Below are positions 61,900 through 64,000 of a stretch of DNA of 64,000 bases, one piece after another. The DNA comes from a candidate division FCPU426 bacterium (GTDB lineage Bacteria > Oederibacteriota > Muellerivitia > Muellerivitales > Muellerivitaceae), in assembly GCA_963738405.1 (NCBI GenBank), contig CAVTWJ010000009.1, forward strand, positions 4,793-68,792, read 5' to 3'. The notes under the pieces were generated by a model. It saw only the letters and a list, made by a program, of their open reading frames with translations. It made no database searches and was not told where the DNA came from. The first letter of the stretch is position 1, and each line of letters begins with the position of its first letter. The position numbers and the translations under genes were made by a program.

Positions 61900-63165
61900 T
61901 TAGAAGCTGTACCAATTGATGGAAGCGCCGATATCAAAACCAGTAAAATCAACCGTGGCGTAGGTTTCACCGTTCGTTCCGATATTGGCGGGGTTGTCGA
62001 TATCCACGGTACCGTCCGAAAACTTGGCCAGGACCCAGGAGTTGCCGTCGGAGAGAGAACCCCGGAAATTAGAAATCTTGGCGTACCGCCCCCTGGCGAA
62101 TAGTGAAACGCCAAAGTTTGGCCCTACCGCGAAATCCCGCCCGATGCCGAACTGGAAACCCACGGTACCGGCAGTCAAATCCCCGCTGGGGTTATTGAAG
62201 TCGTTGAAGTAATTGGGATCGCCGTTGGAGAATTCATAATTCACCACACTGTAGTTTTCCGCCACACTGACCGTACCCGCATAATAGCCGACCCCGGCTG
62301 TAAGGAAAAAACGGCCTCCCGAGTCGGGAAGGAACAAGTAATAATCGAGAGTAATGGGTACCACATAGGGGGTCAGGGTGGTGGACCAGGAATCTTGGTT
62401 AAGATTTCCATTGTTGTCATATTCGGTTGCGGGCGCGGAATCAGAAGCATTGAAGGTGTAATCATTGGCCTGGATATAGCGCACGCCGATGGCGATTCCG
62501 TTGTTGGGATTCAACAGGAATCCCAATTCCCCGCCGACGTTGAAACCTCCCGACTGCATGGAGGCGTTGCCATTGGTCATGCCAAAGAAATTCCCGGCGG
62601 CTACCTGGGCATTTTGGCTGTTGACGCTATTGGTCAAATCGCCCTGCTGGGAATAGGTATATCCAAAGTCAAAACGTGACCACATCTTGGCGTGATCCAT
62701 GGGGGCCAAGCCATCGTTGTAATTAACCGGCGTGGGTTCAACGATGACCGGGCGTCTGCGCTTGATAACAATGGTTTCCTGCGCGGGTTGTTCTTGGTTA
62801 TAAGAAGGCTGTTCGGGCTGGGTCTGCGCGGGGGCCGTATTGACGTTAGTGGAGCTCAGGTTGTCCACCATCACCTTCAGGGTTGGATTGTTGGGGTTAA
62901 GCTGAAGGCTCTTCTGGTAAGCCGCCACCGCGTCGGTTTGGTCGTTTTGCTTCATGTAGGCGTTGCCTAGGTCTTCAAAAGCCTGGGCATTGGCGGGGTC
63001 CGCTTGGGTGGCCTGCCGGAAATAACCCACGGCCTTATCGTAGAGGCCCTTTTGAAATACGGCCTGTCCCAAGGAATCGTATTCTTGGGATGTCATTTGT
63101 GCCCCGGCCAAGTAGGGGGTCAAAAAAAGAGAACAAAAGCTGAACAGCGTCAGGGTTTTCTTCAT
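61900..63165 (-). CDS. outer-membrane protein with N-terminal TPR and C-terminal beta-barrel-like domain
   Basis: Signal peptide; TPR (AQAFEDLGNAYMKQND); Asn/Gly-rich barrel ending ...INWYSF. Confidence 0.55.
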   Translation of the reverse strand: MKKTLTLFSFCSLFLTPYLAGAQMTSQEYDSLGQAVFQKGLYDKAVGYFRQATQADPANAQAFEDLGNAYMKQNDQTDAVAAYQKSLQLNPNNPTLKVMVDNLSSTNVNTAPAQTQPEQPSYNQEQPAQETIVIKRRRPVIVEPTPVNYNDGLAPMDHAKMWSRFDFGYTYSQQGDLTNSVNSQNAQVAAGNFFGMTNGNASMQSGGFNVGGELGFLLNPNNGIAIGVRYIQANDYTFNASDSAPATEYDNNGNLNQDSWSTTLTPYVVPITLDYYLFLPDSGGRFFLTAGVGYYAGTVSVAENYSVVNYEFSNGDPNYFNDFNNPSGDLTAGTVGFQFGIGRDFAVGPNFGVSLFARGRYAKISNFRGSLSDGNSWVLAKFSDGTVDIDNPANIGTNGETYATVDFTGFDIGASINWYSF

Positions 63166-63283
63166 GCGAGTCTCCTTAATGAATCTCTTAATTTGGACGT
63201 ATGGACAGCTTCAAACGTTACGAGCGTGGATAGTATTTAAAAAAGGCACGGGAAAAGATGAGATATCCAGCATATCAAGGTTT

Positions 63284-63955
63284 CTAAAGAGCCGCCATGA
63301 GGCTCATAACCCCGGGGCAGGAGGGGTTCAAGGCCAGAACCGATTGGTAGCAAAGCCGCGCCTTTGCCTTCTGGCCCAGTTTGGCGTAGGCCGAGGCCAG
63401 GTTGTAATAGATCTCGTAATAGCGCCCGCCGGACAAAACCAGTGCGCGGAAGAAAAAGTCCTTGGCCGTTTGGTAATCCCCCATCTCATAGGCCAAGCTT
63501 CCCAGCCTCATGCAGGGCATGGGGTAGCGCTGGGGAAAAAGAAAACCATCCAGCCAGTCGGCCAAGGCGTTGCGGGGCATGGTTTTGATTTCATTTAAGG
63601 TTTTATCTTCGTCCAGGGATGTTATGCCCCAATCCTTCTCCAAATCCCTGGGGGTGACCGTGGGAAGGTTCGACGCTCCGCCGGGAGTCGCCCAAACGGC
63701 GGCTAGGTCATCCAGATAAACCATCCGCCATCCCGGCATCGCTAAAAGTTGTTTCGTCCAGGGGATATCGGCCATGTGGTCGTAAACCACCGCTTGAAAG
63801 TTATAGCTTTGGGCAAGGGCCGAAAGCCCGCCTTCGGCGTAACTTTGGTAATACTGTCTGAAAAGATTCTCGCCCATGACTTCCAACCGTCCGTCGATAA
63901 AAACCGGGGCCTGGGTTTCCCATTCCAAGAATCCCCCAAAGGCCATGTTGTTCAA
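63284..63955 (-). CDS. TPR-containing protein, possibly 5'-partial (may extend beyond the window end)
   Basis: C-terminal TPR (YYNLASAYAKLGQKAKARLCYQSVLALNP). Confidence 0.5.
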   Translation of the reverse strand: MNNMAFGGFLEWETQAPVFIDGRLEVMGENLFRQYYQSYAEGGLSALAQSYNFQAVVYDHMADIPWTKQLLAMPGWRMVYLDDLAAVWATPGGASNLPTVTPRDLEKDWGITSLDEDKTLNEIKTMPRNALADWLDGFLFPQRYPMPCMRLGSLAYEMGDYQTAKDFFFRALVLSGGRYYEIYYNLASAYAKLGQKAKARLCYQSVLALNPSCPGVMSLMAAL

Positions 63956-64000
63956 TAGGGGCGCCTGGAAGCCGCTGTTTTTTAGGAATTCACCGGCCCT

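Noticed and set aside
61785-62114. N-terminal extension of the msrA ORF to 62114
   Set aside because: The extension overlaps the downstream gene's terminator and 3' end and has no start context. The signal peptide and GGCFWC domain start at MKKSILLF (61784).
1-64000. tRNA/rRNA genes in ORF-free gaps (e.g. 3976-4269, 47460-47738, 49447-49633)
   Set aside because: No cloverleaf-compatible segments with a GTTCRANYC T-loop and matching acceptor stems were spotted by eye. This cannot be excluded without tRNAscan or Infernal.

Overview
The window has three compositional blocks, a set of core operons, and a mosaic accessory region.

**Compositional blocks**
- Block 1 (1 to ~1900, GC ~70%): a NACHT/STAND-type P-loop NTPase whose reading frame degenerates into a 12-nt tandem repeat encoding (GLVx)n transmembrane-like segments.
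- Block 2 (~1900 to ~6190, GC ~47%): a frameshifted secreted-protein gene and a 5'-truncated PD40/OmpA-family gene, both on the minus strand.
- Block 3 (from ~6190, GC ~57% with low-GC islands): opens in the middle of a TolC-family gene whose N-terminus is missing. Two 5'-truncated genes therefore abut at ~6180-6211. This is either an assembly chimera or an insertion/deletion scar.

**Core content of block 3**
- A GIY-YIG (YhbQ-like) gene inside a ~430-bp element with ~50-bp terminal inverted repeats. Two empty ~125-135-bp copies of the same palindromic element lie in intergenic regions, so it behaves like a MITE-like family.
- An RND efflux permease with no adjacent membrane-fusion protein.
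- A Kelch-like lipoprotein, two tandem cupredoxin-like paralogs and a secreted putative outer-membrane protein.
- A sensor adenylate/guanylate cyclase, an ABC-2 transporter pair, and pcm.
- A partial Mrp-like MnhB/C/D module.
- An arsenic island (arsC, arsM, acr3, arsC2) headed by a MerR-family regulator carrying CC-x7-CC vicinal cysteine pairs and a textbook MerR-type promoter. No ArsR/SmtB-family repressor is present.
- A CDGSH iron-sulfur protein, a glycogen-debranching-type glucosidase, an ABC-F ATPase, RidA, and a DUF421 protein.
- Two GT39-like polytopic membrane proteins, one fused to PA14 and one to TPR.
- A MarR/TolC/EmrA/EmrB efflux operon with a cupin gene, a second MarR, cytochrome c, DOPA-dioxygenase-like and MsrA genes, and STAS/Sel1/TPR/outer-membrane proteins.

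**Accessory mosaic (~19.8-30.7 kb)**
- Nine 21-22-bp-spaced CGGGTAAACA direct repeats plus an AT-rich stretch sit in front of a 721-aa membrane protein of unknown function.
- A BrnT/BrnA toxin-antitoxin pair is bracketed by a 165-bp duplication of that gene's 3' end.
- A ~4.6-kb low-GC (~34%) four-gene cassette follows: a membrane-anchored unknown protein, a NERD nuclease-like protein, a HEPN-like Rx5H protein and a YdbT-like triple bPH membrane protein.
- Downstream are an outer-membrane beta-barrel gene and an Xre(DUF2384)/RES toxin-antitoxin pair bracketed by ~75-bp repeats copied from the PA14 gene.
- The low-GC NERD/HEPN/YdbT-like cassette, embedded between two TA modules, is the best candidate here for an undescribed defence-type system.

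No rRNA, tRNA or CRISPR was recognised.
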